This document shows, one piece after another, positions 20,109-31,000 of a stretch of 55,680 nt of DNA (the stretch's first letter is position 1; every line of letters starts with the position of its first letter). Location of the stretch: assembly GCA_049515535.1 (NCBI GenBank), contig JBEKTZ010000002.1, positions 91,787 to 147,466 on the forward strand, read 5' to 3'. The stretch is from Candidatus Aminicenantales bacterium. Lineage in GTDB: Bacteria; Acidobacteriota; Aminicenantia; Aminicenantales; UBA4085. A program made the translations under genes and the position numbers. The notes beneath the pieces are model-generated. The model did not search any database. It was not told the origin of the DNA and worked only from the letters and a program-made list of their open reading frames with translations.

Positions 20109-20687
20109 ATGCCGAAATCCATTAAAGGAACACAATCCGAGAAGAATCTTTTAACCGCGTTCGCCGGGGAATCGCAGGCCCGCAATCGCTACACATATTT
20201 CGCCGGAGTCGCCAAGAAAGCCGGATATGAACAGATCGCCGATATCTTTCTCGAGACGGCCGAGAACGAAAAAGAGCACGCCAAGCGGTTCTTTTTATTG
20301 CTCGAAGGCGGCGAAGTCGAGATCACGGCTGCCTATCCCGCCGGCGTGATCGGCGATACGGCGGCCAACCTCGAGGCCGCCGCAGCCGGCGAGCATCTCG
20401 AATGGACGATGCTTTACGTGGACGCCGAGCGAACGGCCGAAGCGGAGGGTTTTCCCGAGGTCGCCAAGCAGTTCAAGGAAATCGCCGAAGTCGAAGTCCA
20501 GCATGAGAAACGTTACCGGAAATTGCTGGCCAACATCAGAGAGGGGAAAGTCTTCAAGAAGGACGTCGTCGTCAAATGGAAATGCCGGAATTGCGGCTAT
20601 GTCCACGAGGGAAAAGACGCCCCCCTCATCTGCCCGGCCTGCAAACACGCCCAGGCGTACTACGAAGTCATGGCCGAGAATTTCTGA
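20109..20687 (+). CDS. rbr: Rubrerythrin
   Basis: [34 protein letters not shown]...CPAC. Confidence 0.95.
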   Translation: MPKSIKGTQSEKNLLTAFAGESQARNRYTYFAGVAKKAGYEQIADIFLETAENEKEHAKRFFLLLEGGEVEITAAYPAGVIGDTAANLEAAAAGEHLEWTMLYVDAERTAEAEGFPEVAKQFKEIAEVEVQHEKRYRKLLANIREGKVFKKDVVVKWKCRNCGYVHEGKDAPLICPACKHAQAYYEVMAENF

Positions 20688-20708
20688 GCGGCCCGGCGCT
20701 GTTTCGAT

Positions 20709-21701
20709 TCAGGTGACGATCGGGCGAACGACGATTGCCCCGATTTTCCCCAATTCGCCGGCGATCCGGCCGAATGTCGTTTCTCCGCGGCAGATGCCGA
20801 TGATGGAGCCTCCGGAGCCGGCGAATGTCGCCGAAGCGCCGCATGACCTCGCCGTTTCGATCAGTTCGTCATTCTCCCTGGTGATGGTCATGATCGAACG
20901 CCTCAGGTCAAAATTCTCGTCCATGAGACGGGATAGGGTTTCATAATCACGCCGGAGGAGCGCTTCCCGGCCCGCTTCGGCAAGCCCGGCGATCTTGCTT
21001 AACGTATTGATCGTATGACAGTCGCCCTTATCGTAGTTCATCCGGATTTCGTTGAGGACGCGGCCCGAGATTTTGCCCAGCGCGGGCTTGTAGGCCAGAT
21101 AAAGGTCGGGGAGCAACGCCTCGTCGAGCCGCTCATAGATTCCGTATCCTCGTTCCGCGATGCGTTTGGAATCCAAATCCATATACACGCAGCCTTCGTA
21201 AACCTGGGTGACTCTGTCCATGAAGCCGGCATTGATATCGAGCTCGTCGCGTTCCGCGCTGAGGACGAGCGACGGCAGGATCTCGAGAGGGATGGAAAGG
21301 CCGTAGTAAGCCATGAAAGCGCGCATTGCGGCGGTAATAATAGCGCTCGATCCGCCCAGCCCGACTTGCCGGGGGATGGAAGACTCGTAGCGGACGGAAA
21401 AATTCCGATCATGGATCGGGAGCCCGGCCTCAAGGCTGTATTCGTGGAATCTCTTCAAGGCGGCTTTGATCAGGCGCACGCCGCCGTAATGGCCGTAGAG
21501 ACGGGTCCTCATGGCGAATTCACGGAGGGATGCGAACCGGTCGCCGTCTTCGGACGACGGCAGGATCCGAAGCTCGGCGCTTTCCTCGACGACGACGCGG
21601 GCGGCGAAGTTCTTGACCGAAATCGCGAGGACCTTCCCGAAATAGCCGTCCGAAGGATTGCCCAACAGTCCCGCCCGGGCGTAGGCGATGCCCGCGATCA
21701 T
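20709..21701 (-). CDS. GHMP kinase, glucuronokinase-like
   Basis: YARAGLLGNPSDGYFGK, IPRQVGLGGSSA, AGFMDRV.QVY.G..YMD, AGSGGS. Confidence 0.8.
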   Translation of the reverse strand: MIAGIAYARAGLLGNPSDGYFGKVLAISVKNFAARVVVEESAELRILPSSEDGDRFASLREFAMRTRLYGHYGGVRLIKAALKRFHEYSLEAGLPIHDRNFSVRYESSIPRQVGLGGSSAIITAAMRAFMAYYGLSIPLEILPSLVLSAERDELDINAGFMDRVTQVYEGCVYMDLDSKRIAERGYGIYERLDEALLPDLYLAYKPALGKISGRVLNEIRMNYDKGDCHTINTLSKIAGLAEAGREALLRRDYETLSRLMDENFDLRRSIMTITRENDELIETARSCGASATFAGSGGSIIGICRGETTFGRIAGELGKIGAIVVRPIVT

Positions 21702-22552
21702 AAGGCCGCCAAGACCCCCCGGATATACCCGATCGATTCTGAAGCGCCGGGCAGCGGGTCCTTCACGTCCTTTTCATATTCCAGGCTGACCGTCCCCGAG
21801 TAATTCAGCCGGATGATCGTCCGGAGGAATTTCGGGATATCGATCACGCCGCGGCCGATCTCGACCGTCGTGCCGTCGGCGGTCGCGGCGCTGACGTCCT
21901 TGATATGAACGTCCAAGAGCCGGTCGAAATACCGTTCGGCCGGAAGGGAAGGATCGATCCCGCTTCTCTGGGTATGGCCGACATCTATGCACAGTCCGAC
22001 GTGTCTGTCGAGGGACTTGATCTTCTCGTAGACGCTGTCCGGGGTCGGGTAAATCTTATCCGTCGGCCCGTGATTGTGGATCGCGAGCATGATATCGTAT
22101 TGACGGGCGTGGCGGGCGGCCAAATCTAAAAGGTCGTGATTGGGCACGCCGATAATCATTTTCATGCCGGCCGCCTGCGCATAAGCGAACGCTTGTTTGA
22201 CATCCTGTTCTTTCGTCATATAGATCACGCCGCCCGCGTAGAGATCCAAGCCCGCGGCCTTCACTTTCGCCGCGGCGGCCTTGATCTCGTCCGCCGTGCT
22301 CTCGAGAGGGAGGTGCATGCTTTTCAAGGAGATCTTGCGCAGGCCGAGCCGCTTGGTCATGGCCAGGGTCTCGTCGAATCCGAACGCGCGGAAGGTATAG
22401 GAAGCCAGGCCGAGTTCGAACCTGATCTTTTCCATGATCAAAATTTGATCGGGGCGCATTTTCTGAGCGGAAAGCAGGCCGCGCGAAATCGCCGGCACAG
22501 CAAGTCCCGCACCGGCGGCCTTTAAGAAGTTGCGCCGCGTCGTCCTGGTCAT
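21698..22552 (-). CDS. Tat-exported sugar phosphate isomerase/epimerase (xylose-isomerase-like TIM barrel)
   Basis: TRRNFLK twin-arginine signal; AIHNHG, CIDVGH, HIKD, SLEYE; ATGA overlaps on both sides. Confidence 0.88.
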   Translation of the reverse strand: MTRTTRRNFLKAAGAGLAVPAISRGLLSAQKMRPDQILIMEKIRFELGLASYTFRAFGFDETLAMTKRLGLRKISLKSMHLPLESTADEIKAAAAKVKAAGLDLYAGGVIYMTKEQDVKQAFAYAQAAGMKMIIGVPNHDLLDLAARHARQYDIMLAIHNHGPTDKIYPTPDSVYEKIKSLDRHVGLCIDVGHTQRSGIDPSLPAERYFDRLLDVHIKDVSAATADGTTVEIGRGVIDIPKFLRTIIRLNYSGTVSLEYEKDVKDPLPGASESIGYIRGVLAAL

Positions 22553-23898
22553 TTCGGCAACTCCCAAGGTTTCCGATACAGCCGGCCGACCAAAGCCTGG
22601 GCTTCCGCGTCCCCGGCGATCTTCTCGTTCCGGCTGTCCCATTTGACGTACCGTTTCAAGCGGACCGCGATGTTGCCCAAATGGCAAGCCGTGACCGATT
22701 TATGCCCGATCTCGACGTCGGCCGTCGGCATTTCCCTCGACTTAACGCAGGCGACAAAATTTTTGACGTGCTCGAAGTGAAAATCCCCGGAGCCGGGCTG
22801 TCTCGGTGTCGGCATCATCCGGAACACTCGCTCCGGCTGCTTGAACTGGTCGGTTTCGGAAAAAACCTCCCACCCTCCCCTGTCCACGACCAGAATCCCG
22901 TTTTCGCCGTGGAATTCGCAGCCGTGTTCCCGCTGCCAGGGCCCGACGCCGCAGCCGATCATGTGTTCCCAAACGAGCGAGAATGTCGGAAAATCGATGA
23001 CGGACTGCTGCGTGTCCGGCGTTTCGCGGATGTCGTCCGGAAAGCCGTATTTCCCGCCGATGGCCATGGCCCCGACCGGCTCCTCGCCCATAGTCCACAT
23101 CACAACGTCAATCATGTGCGCGCCCCAGTCCGTGGCCAAGCCTCCCGAATAGTCCCAGAACCAGCGGAAGTTGTGATGAAAGCGCATCGGATTGAAGGGA
23201 CGCGCGGGCGCCGGGCCTAGCCACATATCGTAATCGACGCCTTCCGGCACGGGGCCGTCAGCCGGACGGCCAAGGCCGCTTTTCCAATCGAGATAGGCCC
23301 AGGCGCGCGTCATCCGGATCTTTCCGAGTCGGCCGGACTTGACAAAATCCCGGGCCGCCAGAAAGTGCTTGGAGCTGCGCTGCTGGGTTCCGACCTGGAC
23401 GATATGGTTGGTTTTTCGGGCGGCCATCACCATGGCCCGTCCTTCCTCGATGGTCGTGGCGAGGGGTTTTTCGACATAGACGTCTTTGCCGGCCTGGCAA
23501 GCGAAAATAGCGGCCAGCGCATGCCAGTGGTCGGGCGTGGCGACGATCACGGCATCGATGTCTTTACGATCGAGGATTTTGCGGAAATCCTTATAGCCTT
23601 CCGGGACCTTGCCGCGCGCGTCAGCGACCATTTTTACGCCTTCGGCAATGCGTTTTTCATCAACGTCAGAGACGGCCGGACAGTCGATTTCGGGAATTCG
23701 AAGAAACGCCCCGAGGTCGGCTTTTCCCTGGCCGCCAACGCCGATGAGGCCGATCCGGATTTTGTCAGCCGCGGCAACTCTCTTTTGAGCCCGGCCGAAG
23801 GCCGCGGCGGCCGGCGCCAGGCCCGCGGCCAAGGCCGTGGCCGTGAGCGATGCCTTCGAGGCGTTCTCGATAAATTCTCTGCGCGTCAATCTGCTCAT
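22549..23898 (-). CDS. Tat-exported Gfo/Idh/MocA oxidoreductase
   Basis: TRREFI signal; GLIGVGGQG, ATPDHWH, YVEKP, YDMWLGPAP, DWGAHMID. Confidence 0.93.
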   Translation of the reverse strand: MSRLTRREFIENASKASLTATALAAGLAPAAAAFGRAQKRVAAADKIRIGLIGVGGQGKADLGAFLRIPEIDCPAVSDVDEKRIAEGVKMVADARGKVPEGYKDFRKILDRKDIDAVIVATPDHWHALAAIFACQAGKDVYVEKPLATTIEEGRAMVMAARKTNHIVQVGTQQRSSKHFLAARDFVKSGRLGKIRMTRAWAYLDWKSGLGRPADGPVPEGVDYDMWLGPAPARPFNPMRFHHNFRWFWDYSGGLATDWGAHMIDVVMWTMGEEPVGAMAIGGKYGFPDDIRETPDTQQSVIDFPTFSLVWEHMIGCGVGPWQREHGCEFHGENGILVVDRGGWEVFSETDQFKQPERVFRMMPTPRQPGSGDFHFEHVKNFVACVKSREMPTADVEIGHKSVTACHLGNIAVRLKRYVKWDSRNEKIAGDAEAQALVGRLYRKPWELPK

Positions 23899-24058
23899 GT
23901 CATCTCCTTTGGAAAGATGAAAACCGGGTTCGGCGGAGCGAGATATCGACGATAAGCCCCTCTTTCATGCCCCTCGATTTTCGCCCTCACGACCATAATA
24001 TATACACATAACAAGGGAAATTTGCTATATTTTTATAAGCACGAATGGAGAGAAAAAT

Positions 24059-24850
24059 ATGATCAAAAAAAAGCGCCGGTTCGGGCTTCCGCTCTTTTTC
24101 TTAGCCGCCGTTTTCATGACGACAGCCGCTGCGCAGAAAGAAAACCATCCATCGCCGCTTCTCAACGCGCTGACCGAGCAGGAAAAGGCCGAGGGTTGGG
24201 TTCTCCTGTTCGACGGAAAGACGTTCAACGGCTGGCGCGGCCTCGGCTATGACGGCGTTCCTTCGGCCCACTGGATCATCGAGGAGGGCGCCATTAAAAA
24301 AGTGCCGGACAAGGATGTCCCTCTCCAGAAAGACGGCCAGCCGCTCGAAGGCGGCGATCTCATGACGAGCGCGACGTTCGAGGATTTCGAGCTGGCCTTC
24401 GAGTGGAAGATCACCCCGGCCGGAAATTCGGGTGTGAAATATAACGTCTCCGAGGAAATGTCGGTGGCCAAACAGCCCGTCCACGCCGCCCTCGGGTTCG
24501 AATACCAGGTCCTCGACGATGACCGGCATCCCGACGCGAAAAACGGCCCCAACAGGACCGCGGCCGCGCTGTATGATTTGATCGGACCGCAAAACAAGAA
24601 GCTGAAACCGGTCGGTGAATTCAACTCGGGCAAGATCATTTTCGTAGGAAAACACGGCGAGCATTGGCTGAACGGCGTCAAGGTCCTGGAATTCGAATTG
24701 GGAACGCCGCGATTCGAGAGGCTGTTGGCCGCCAGCAAATATAAGGACCTGCTTCGTTTCGCCGACAAGAGAAAAGGGCATATCGTGCTTCAGGACCATA
24801 CGGATGCCGTCTGGTTCAGAAACATCAAGATCCGGGTCATCAAAAAATGA
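24059..24850 (+). CDS. DUF1080 (3-keto-disaccharide hydrolase family) secreted protein
   Basis: GWVLLFDGKTFNGW, GNSGVKY, EYQVLDD, LQDH...VWFRNIKIR. Confidence 0.92.
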   Translation: MIKKKRRFGLPLFFLAAVFMTTAAAQKENHPSPLLNALTEQEKAEGWVLLFDGKTFNGWRGLGYDGVPSAHWIIEEGAIKKVPDKDVPLQKDGQPLEGGDLMTSATFEDFELAFEWKITPAGNSGVKYNVSEEMSVAKQPVHAALGFEYQVLDDDRHPDAKNGPNRTAAALYDLIGPQNKKLKPVGEFNSGKIIFVGKHGEHWLNGVKVLEFELGTPRFERLLAASKYKDLLRFADKRKGHIVLQDHTDAVWFRNIKIRVIKK

Positions 24851-24868
24851 AAGCCGGTTTCGGGGAGT

Positions 24869-25774
24869 CTATCCCCACAGCGGAGAGGGGTACTGGCCTG
24901 CGGCCACGAGTTTCTTGATCTCGGCCATGACCCGGGGTTTGTCTTCCTTATAAGTGACGCCGAACCAGATTTTCCCGCCTTCGAGCACCTGGACGTCCGC
25001 CAGGCCTGACTTGACCAGCTTGTTGATCACGAGGGGAATGTAAAGCTCAGCCTTGAGATTGCCGGCGTTTTCCTTGACGAACGATTCGAACTCCGCCTTG
25101 GCGAACTTGAAGAACTCCGGCGTGAATCCCCAGAAATTCATGGAAACCATGTCCCCCTCGCCGAGACAAGCGCTCCGGCCGCTTTCGTCCTTAAAAACGA
25201 TCGAAGACCCGGCTTTTTCGATGCACGTCCGTTCGACGATGCCCTTCAGCGTTCCGTCGTCATCCACTTCGCAGATCCCCCGGGCCACCGATCCGTGTTC
25301 GGAAAGCGTATGTCCCAGACGATAGCCGACAAGCGAGAATCGACGCTCCGTATTCTTCAACTTCGACAAATATCCGGCCATGGCCCGGAAAGCCTCCCGG
25401 CCGTAGAAATCGTCGGCATTGATGGCAGCGAATGGCCCTAGAATCTTCGGTTCGGAAACGATTACGGCATGGCTGGTTCCCCAGGGCTTGCTCCGGCCGG
25501 GGGGGACGGTCAATCCGCGCGGAACATCCTCGATCTCTTGAAAAACATAGTCGATATCCGTTTTATCTTTCAAGCGGGTCAGAAAAACCTCGCGGAAGTC
25601 CTTTTCGATGCTCTTGCGAATGACGAAGACGATCTTGCCGAATCCCGTCCGGATCGCGTCATAGATCGAATAATCGACGATGGTTTCGCCCGAGGGGCCG
25701 ACTCCGTCCATCTGCTTCAGTCCCCCGTACCGGTTGCCGATGCCGGCGGCGAGAATCACGAGCGTCGGTTTCAT
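24869..25774 (-). CDS. Sugar-phosphate nucleotidyltransferase family protein
   Basis: LAAGIGNRYGGLKQ, KPWGT, INADDFYG, SMNFWGF, WFGVTY. Confidence 0.88.
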   Translation of the reverse strand: MKPTLVILAAGIGNRYGGLKQMDGVGPSGETIVDYSIYDAIRTGFGKIVFVIRKSIEKDFREVFLTRLKDKTDIDYVFQEIEDVPRGLTVPPGRSKPWGTSHAVIVSEPKILGPFAAINADDFYGREAFRAMAGYLSKLKNTERRFSLVGYRLGHTLSEHGSVARGICEVDDDGTLKGIVERTCIEKAGSSIVFKDESGRSACLGEGDMVSMNFWGFTPEFFKFAKAEFESFVKENAGNLKAELYIPLVINKLVKSGLADVQVLEGGKIWFGVTYKEDKPRVMAEIKKLVAAGQYPSPLWG

Positions 25775-25960
25775 GACGAATGCTCCTTTGAGGCCGCCTT
25801 ATTATATCAAAAATCGAACGCATTTTTAGAGCTTAAATCAAGCTATAGCGGCGAGGAGACGAACGCCCCGGCCGAGGCCTCACGGTCCATCAAGGCCGCG
25901 TTCCGAGCTAATTTGACTTCCTTACACGCTCATGTTAATTAATTGAAAAGGAATCAGGCA

Positions 25961-27916
25961 ATGAAGTGTCCGTCCTGTCGGGCCGACAATCAACCCGACA
26001 GCCGCTTCTGTCACTACTGCGCCACTCCTCTGCCCTCGGACATCGCCGAGTCGGCACCGTCGCCCTCGACGAAGACAATGGTGACGCCTTTCATGGACCT
26101 CTCCCGGGGAACGCTGTTCGCCGGTCGCTACGAAGTGATCGAAGAGATCGGCAAAGGCGGCATGGGCAAGGTTTATAAAGTTTATGATCAGAAGATCAAG
26201 GAAATCGTCGCCCTCAAGCTCATCAAACCCGAGATCGGATTCAACGAAAAGGCCGTCGAGCGGTTCAAGAACGAACTCAAATTCGCCCGGAAGATCTCCC
26301 ACCGGCACGTCTGTCGCCTTTACGATTTGGGGGAAATAGGGATGTCTCATTTCATCACGATGGAATATGTCGAGGGCGAAGATCTCAAGAACTTCATTCG
26401 CCGGGCCGGCCACATCACGACGCCTAAGGCCATCAGCATCGCCCAGCAGATCTGCGAAGGGCTGGTCGAAGCCCACAGGCAGGGCGTCGTCCATCGCGAC
26501 CTGAAGCCGCAAAACGTGATGATCGACCGGGAGGGCAATGTCCGGGTCATGGATTTCGGGCTTGCCCGATTCACCGAAGTCGACGGCGTCACGGGATCGG
26601 GCGTCATGCTCGGGACGCCGGAATATATGTCGCCCGAACAAGTCGAGATCAAGGATATCGATGCCCGTTCGGACATTTATTCGCTCGGAGTGATCATGCA
26701 CGAAATGGTCACCGGGAAAGCGCCCTTCTCCGGCGAGACGCCTCTCAGCATTGCCATCAAGCACAAGAGCGAGAAGCCGCGCGATTCGCGCGAGATCAAT
26801 CCCCTTGTTCCGGAAGCGCTATCCCGCCTGATCCTCAAGTGCATGGAAAAGAACCCCGACAAGCGCTATCAAAGCGCGGACGAGCTTCTCCAAGACTTGA
26901 TCCGGGTCGAGCAGGGACTTCCGACCGCGATCAAAGAGATCACCAAGAGCGAGCCTCTCGGCTCTAGGGAGATCACGGTCAAATTCCAACTTAAAAAAAT
27001 CATCCTGCCGCTCATCTTGATCACTTTTTGCCTGATCGTTCTCGGAGGGCTCTTTAAAAAGACGAAGAACGATCAAAGGTCCGGCGGCAATCCTGCTCTC
27101 CTGCAAAAGCCTCCGAATGACTCTTATTCACCGGGTCTATCCTCCATAAAAGACGTTCCTTCTCCGTCCCGGCCGGATGCCCCACCCCAAGGCGGCGGAG
27201 GGAGCTCGCCCAATATCTTGAACCGGATTGGCGGAGAAATCTCGAAATATCTGGCTTCCATGGATGGTCAAGACGTCAAAGACCTGGAGAAATTCACAAG
27301 CACCCTCAAGGGGATCCTCCCCGAAAAAGGGCCGTATGCGGACGCTTATAAAAATATAGAAGACAAAATCAACGAAAGCAAAAAGAAAACCGCGGCGGAG
27401 AAGCCGGCCGGAGCGGCGCCCGCCGGACCCGCCGTGCAGAACGATATGAAGAAGCTCCTCTCGCTCGTCTCCGAACGACAAGCCGCGCTCACGGCCAAGG
27501 AGACGATGACCGCGGCCAAAATGAAGGCCCAACGGAAGACCGACATGGACAAGAATTTGATCTTCCGATTGGCGCGCTACGAAGAAACCAACGCCGATGA
27601 CGCCTTCGCCAAAAACGATTTTTCCGGTGCCACCACCCTTTACCGGGTGCTTGAAAAGATTTATGACCTCGCTCCCCTGGCCGCGAACGACAAGGACGGC
27701 GTGGATAAATTGCGGCAATTCGTGGCCGGGCTCATTAAAGGAAGAGACCAAGAAGGACCGTCCGGGACGGATCCTTGGCTCCTCGAATATGCCCGGGAAA
27801 CCGAAACTCAAGCCCAGGTTTTTTCGGATAAAAACGATTGGGAAAACGCGGGCGGCGCCTACATCCGGGCGGCCTTCCTTTACCAAAAGCTTATCGAGAC
27901 GGCCTCTCAGAAATAA
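25961..27916 (+). CDS. Membrane-anchored Hanks-type Ser/Thr kinase with N-terminal zinc ribbon
   Basis: CPSC..CHYC; GKGGMG, ALK, HRDLKPQN, DFG, GTPEYMSPE; one TM helix followed by a helical external domain. Confidence 0.93.
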   Translation: MKCPSCRADNQPDSRFCHYCATPLPSDIAESAPSPSTKTMVTPFMDLSRGTLFAGRYEVIEEIGKGGMGKVYKVYDQKIKEIVALKLIKPEIGFNEKAVERFKNELKFARKISHRHVCRLYDLGEIGMSHFITMEYVEGEDLKNFIRRAGHITTPKAISIAQQICEGLVEAHRQGVVHRDLKPQNVMIDREGNVRVMDFGLARFTEVDGVTGSGVMLGTPEYMSPEQVEIKDIDARSDIYSLGVIMHEMVTGKAPFSGETPLSIAIKHKSEKPRDSREINPLVPEALSRLILKCMEKNPDKRYQSADELLQDLIRVEQGLPTAIKEITKSEPLGSREITVKFQLKKIILPLILITFCLIVLGGLFKKTKNDQRSGGNPALLQKPPNDSYSPGLSSIKDVPSPSRPDAPPQGGGGSSPNILNRIGGEISKYLASMDGQDVKDLEKFTSTLKGILPEKGPYADAYKNIEDKINESKKKTAAEKPAGAAPAGPAVQNDMKKLLSLVSERQAALTAKETMTAAKMKAQRKTDMDKNLIFRLARYEETNADDAFAKNDFSGATTLYRVLEKIYDLAPLAANDKDGVDKLRQFVAGLIKGRDQEGPSGTDPWLLEYARETETQAQVFSDKNDWENAGGAYIRAAFLYQKLIETASQK

Positions 27917-27985
27917 ACGGCTATTCCGACCTCGGGTTCACGACGCTGCGGAACGCCGAACCGAACTTAACGCTCGAGCCCGCCA

Positions 27986-28033
27986 ATAAAAAGCTCCCTT
28001 TCCCGCCCGGCTAAGGGCTAAAAAAGGGAGCTT
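27986..28033. terminator. Intrinsic terminator between convergent kinase and tricorn genes
   Basis: AAGCTCCCTTT...AAAGGGAGCTT stem with a T-rich tail on the minus strand. Confidence 0.7.
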
Positions 28034-28048
28034 GAAGCGGTCCAGGCT

Positions 28049-31000
28049 CTATTTGATGTGGATCGGATACGGCGGCCGCTGCGGTTTTTTCGGGGGATTC
28101 TTCTTGAGCTCGTCCATTACCACCTGGATGGCTTTTTCGAGTTGAGGATCATGTCCGGCGATCACATCGGCCGGGATCTGTTCAACTTCGATGTCGGGCG
28201 GAACGCCGATATTCTCCACGACCCAGCCGTCCTCGGTCCAAATGGCCAGGTTGGGGGCCGTGACCGACCCTCCGTCCATCAGGACAGGAAAGCCGAGCGT
28301 GCCGACCAGTCCACCCCACGTCCTCTTCCCGACAATAGGTCCCAGCTTGAACTTCCGCCACATCCAAGGAAAAAGATCGCCGCCCGATCCGGCCGTCTCG
28401 TCGGTCAGAAGGACTTTCGGCCCCTGGATCGAAGCGCTCGGCGTTTTGAGATCCGCTCCGTAGCGCATGTTCCAATAGCTGATGAGCGGCTGGCGCAGAT
28501 GGTCGATGTAATAGTCGGCCACGAGCCCGCCGCCGTTGAAACGCTCATCGACGATGATGGCGTCCTTGTCGGCCTGCGGGTAGTAATAGCGCTTGAAATA
28601 GGTATGCCCGAGCGTTGTCGTGTTCGGAACGTAGACATAAGCCACGCGCCCGCCCGTCGCCTGTTCGACCTTTCTGAGATTTGTCTCGACCCAATCGCGA
28701 TTACGGAGGTTGGATTCGCTTTCGATGGGGACGACCTGGACGGTCCGCGCGCCTACGCCGTCGGGATTCGGCCCCACGGTGATCTCGACGATCTTGCCGG
28801 CCGTGCTCTCGAACATCGCGTAAAGGTTGGCGGGAGGGCGGAGGTCCTTGCCGTTGACGGCCAGAAGATATTCGCCGGCCCGGACATCCACGCCGGGCTC
28901 GGTCAGCGGAGATCGGAGATCGGGGTTCCAATTCAAGCCGCCGTAAACCTTTTTGAAACGGTAGCGCCCGTTTTCGATCGCATAGTCCGCGCCGAGAAGC
29001 CCTCCCGGCACCGTTTTAGGCGTATTCGGGCTATCCCCTCCTCCGACACGATGATGGCCGACGCCCAGTTCCGAGCACATCCATTGGATGACACGGTTGA
29101 GGTCGTTGCGGCAAGAGAGGTGGGGCAGAAAAATCTCGTATTTCCTCTTCATCGCCGGCCAATCGACGCCGTGCATGTTCGTCGCGTAGAAATAATCGCG
29201 GTTGATGCGCCAGGCCTCGTCGAAGATCTGTTTCCATTCCGAAATCGGATTGATCTTGACTTCGATGGCGTCAACGGCCAGACGGCCCTGGCCCGGCTGG
29301 GGCTTCGGCCCCACGGCCGTGATGAAGAACGCGCCGCCGGAAGAGTAAAGGATTTTTTTCTTGTCGGCGGATAAATCATATCCGGACACCGAGCCGAGGA
29401 CGACCTCGTCCTTGCGGGTTTTAAAATCGAACTTGTGGAGCGTCGCGCCGGGCGCGGCGGACGAGCCGACGTCAGGCGCATTTTCGAGGTAAAAAATCTG
29501 TCCCGCCTCTCCGGCGGATAGGCTTCGGTAGATCCCCGCCGCGACCGGAAGCGCCAGGATGCGGTGGTTGAGGCCCTCGAAATCGATTTTGAATTCTGCG
29601 CCGGGCTTGGCCTGAGTCCCCCCTGCTTTTTCGTCCTTGGCCGGGACGGGTTTGGCCTCGGGTTTCGCGGGGGCCGCCTTTTCGGCCGCGGGTTTGTCGG
29701 CGGCCGGTTTTTCCGGCGTCCCTTGCTCCTCATCGCTTTCCCGGGCCAGCGGATTCGGAGCCGCATTCGTCAGCGCCGCGACATAGATCGAGCTCGTGAG
29801 GCGCATATCGGCGTTCGACATGTCGAACCACTGCTTGACGGGACCGGCGTCCGTCGAGGAGAAGAAATACAAATACTTGCCGGTCGCGTCGAAAACGGGC
29901 TCGCTGACCTCACTCAGGCCGTCCGTGATCGGGAATGACTTGTCCTGATCGAGCGAATAGACGTAAATCTTCTGGATATAGGTCGCGGAGTTCAAAACAT
30001 AGACGATCCATTTGGAATCGGGCGACCAGGATGTGGCGTTGCCGCCTCTCCCGCCAAGCTGGTAGTCTGAGGCGATTTTTTTCTGGGTCGCGGTTTTCAG
30101 GTCGATCCAGTAGAGCGTCCGCGAATTGTCTCCGAAGGAGATCTTCTGGCTGTCCGGCGACCAGACGGGGGAGTCATAGAATCCGGAACCCGTGAGCTTA
30201 TAGGTCTTCGCCGCGCTCTTTCCGTCCTGGGCCCGGACGTGGAGTTCGTACTCGCCTGATGCGTCGGAGACATAGGCGATGGATTTGCCGTCCGGCGACC
30301 AGACCGGAGAACGCTCGTGCGTTCCCGGCGTGCCGGTGATCAGGCGCGGATCGCCTTTCTCCGCGGGAACGGTCACGATCTCGCCCCTGAATTCGAACAC
30401 GGCCCGCGCTCCCGACGGCGAGAGGTCCGCGTTTCTCACCCAGCGCGAGCCCTTGACATAGCGCTCACGCAGCTCATTGAGGTCGGCGGAGACGCCGATC
30501 ACGAGGCGCTTGTTCGTGCCGGCCTGGGGATCATAGACATGGATCTCGCCGGCCTGCTCGAAGATGATTTTTCCGCCGCCGGCCGAAGCGTTGAGAACGG
30601 GGTAGTCTTTGTACGCCGTGAGCTGTTTCATGTCTTTGGTCTTCGGGTCGTAGGAAAAGAGGTTGAACTCGCCGTTGCGGTCGGAGCGAAAATAGATCTT
30701 ATCGCCGATCCACATCGGTCCGGGATCGTTTGACCGGCCCTCGGGCTGGGGGACTTTTTCGAACGAATAATCGCTCAGCTTCAGGATCCAAATGACGGAG
30801 TTGCGGCCGCCGCGATAATTCTTCCACTGGGTGAACGCTTCCGGCAGGGGATTATAGGCGAGCCTCGCTCCATCCGGCGAAAAAGACGCCCTGAACGCGT
30901 TGGGGACCTTGAGCTGCGTAGGAAATCCGCCGTCGAGAGGGACGGTGTAGAGCTGGGCATAGGATGCCGTGTAGCTGGCCCTCCCGGACGAGAACAGAAC

